Assembly (NCBI GenBank): GCA_048939465.1
Contig: JBHLPL010000100.1
Coordinates: 1-7,173 of the forward strand
Length of the DNA stretch: 7,173 bases
Origin: Promethearchaeota archaeon
Lineage (GTDB): Archaea > Asgardarchaeota > Odinarchaeia > Odinarchaeales > JBHLKK01
Direction of reading: 5' to 3'
Shown here: positions 5,932 through 7,173 of the stretch, in pieces
How positions within the stretch are numbered: the first letter of the stretch is position 1
Layout: every line of letters begins with the position of its first letter
Notes under the pieces: generated by a model
Databases searched by the model: none
The model's input: the letters and a program-made list of their open reading frames with translations, nothing else
Told to the model about the DNA's origin: nothing
Made by a program: the position numbers and the translations under genes

Positions 5932-7173
5932 GTGGTGATCAGGATTCCTCTCGACAAAAATGAGCCCGCGAATTTAGTTCTTATAACTATCGACTGTCTC
6001 AGATATGATGTTACGAAGTCGCTCATAAAAGAGGGAAAACTACCTTACATTCAGAAACTCGCCAAGAATGGCTTATTCTTTCAGAAAGCTATTTCTACTG
6101 CACCTTGGACCGTTCCATCTGTAATGTCATTTCTGACGTCCACATACCCTCTTATGTATGATGGGTATGTCAACTTCTCACCAAGAAAGTCATTTGTCAG
6201 TTTGCTGAGAAAGGCCGGTTATTCAACAATATCATGTCAGACCAACCCCTGGCTTTCTAGATATTTTGGCTTTGATAGAGGCTTCTCTCGCTTTGTTGAT
6301 GACAAAAGAAGAACTGAGCAAAATCTGCTCGCAAAACTGGAGAAAATTAACCTTAGAAATCACAACCCCTTTCTATACAGCTCAGGGGCTATCGTAAGGT
6401 TCCTGGCGTGTTTTTTCAGCGCCTATTTCAATGTGTGGCCGAAATTCTGCCTACAGTCAGATCAGCTGACCGCTGCAAATCTAAAGCTGGTGAAGGAAAA
6501 CAAAATGCCGTTTTTCAGTTGGCTTCATTATATGGATTGCCACGAACCTCATATCCCCGACAAACCGAATTCTTTTACCTCATACAAATTCGGTCGAATA
6601 CAAAGCAAGCTCCTCGAGAATAAACTACTTTCTAGGGATGAGATTTTATGGCTTTTTGGTTGGTATAAAGATTCAATAGTCCGTGTTGACCAATCAATCG
6701 GACTCCTTCTGTCAGAGCTCGAAGGAGCGGGCATAACCTTGGACAACACGTACTTCGTTTTAACCAGTGATCACGGACAAGAGTTCTTTGAACACGGAAG
6801 GTTCGGTCATTTGCTTCATCTCTATGATGAATTGATACACGTTCCACTCATTATGGCAGGTCCTAAATCATCACCAGGAGTCATTTCAGAGCAAGTAAGT
6901 CTCATAGATTTGCCTTCTACGATGCTTGGGCTTTTAGGAATCTCCGAAACACCTGCGAACTACTTAGGCAGAGATTTGAGCTCGTTTCTAATGGAATCTA
7001 GACCAAAAATCCCTGAGATTCCTGCGATTGGTGAAGAAGGAGTTAAGAATCGGAAATCCATGCTGGAATATGATAGATCCAGAATCCTAAAATTAGATCT
7101 AGGATATCGGCGGATATCTTATAGGTTTGACGGTTGGAAATACATATATAATGAAAATGGCTCTGATGAGCTA
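5932..7173 (+). CDS. Sulfatase-like hydrolase/transferase (alkaline phosphatase superfamily, Thr at the nucleophile position), 3'-truncated
   Basis: Manual translation of frame 1, which is open from 5863 to the window end and not in the ORF track: NLVLITIDCLRYD, LAKNGLFFQKAISTAPWTVPSVMSFLTSTYP, NPWLSRYFGFDRGF, FFSWLHYMDCHEPH, VDQSIGLLL, FVLTSDHGQEFFEHGRFGH, LYDELIHVPLIM, VSLIDLPSTMLGLLG, GRDL, WKYI. There is no in-frame ATG before the first motif. GTG candidates are at 5878, 5911, 5932 and 5935, so the start is uncertain. Confidence 0.9.
   Translation, partial: MVIRIPLDKNEPANLVLITIDCLRYDVTKSLIKEGKLPYIQKLAKNGLFFQKAISTAPWTVPSVMSFLTSTYPLMYDGYVNFSPRKSFVSLLRKAGYSTISCQTNPWLSRYFGFDRGFSRFVDDKRRTEQNLLAKLEKINLRNHNPFLYSSGAIVRFLACFFSAYFNVWPKFCLQSDQLTAANLKLVKENKMPFFSWLHYMDCHEPHIPDKPNSFTSYKFGRIQSKLLENKLLSRDEILWLFGWYKDSIVRVDQSIGLLLSELEGAGITLDNTYFVLTSDHGQEFFEHGRFGHLLHLYDELIHVPLIMAGPKSSPGVISEQVSLIDLPSTMLGLLGISETPANYLGRDLSSFLMESRPKIPEIPAIGEEGVKNRKSMLEYDRSRILKLDLGYRRISYRFDGWKYIYNENGSDEL

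Noticed and set aside
5960-5977. ATG at 5960 as the start of the sulfatase-like gene
   Set aside because: Out of frame (ATG AGC CCG CGA ATT TAG). The real frame is open upstream with GTG codons, so no frameshift is needed.
6408-6847. ORFs 6408-6623 (+), 6549-6749 (-) and 6632-6847 (-)
   Set aside because: They overlap the sulfatase-like CDS in frame 1, which has clear family motifs.
1-7173. CRISPR arrays, tRNA/rRNA, integrase or transposase genes
   Set aside because: No regularly spaced repeats, cloverleaf/rRNA signatures or recombinase/transposase motifs were seen by eye on either strand.

Overview
Archaeal-looking window with five same-strand (+) genes and no RNA genes, CRISPR array or intact mobile element. 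Evidence for archaeal origin: A-rich BRE plus TTTTAA-type boxes upstream of genes, a GGTGA SD, an oligo-T tract, and archaeal-type Trm112, Cdc48 and LonB signatures. A TACK or Asgard source is an inference. Gene order: (1) 5'-truncated hypothetical protein, possibly a GT-A glycosyltransferase; (2) NAD-dependent nucleotide-sugar epimerase/dehydratase; (3) Trm112-family protein with a ~100-aa central insertion; (4) a 1010-aa protein; (5) a 3'-truncated Thr-type sulfatase-like/alkaline-phosphatase-superfamily enzyme absent from the ORF track. The 1010-aa protein is the standout. It combines about 3 N-terminal TM helices, a polybasic linker, tandem AAA+ domains with Cdc48/VAT signatures (D1 YYG, D2 KWVG) and a C-terminal Lon S16 Ser-Lys protease domain. 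This fits none of the classic ATP-dependent protease architectures I know (LonA, LonB, FtsH, Clp, PAN/Cdc48-20S). It may be a self-contained membrane-anchored Cdc48-Lon protease. Whether it is undescribed cannot be established without database searches.
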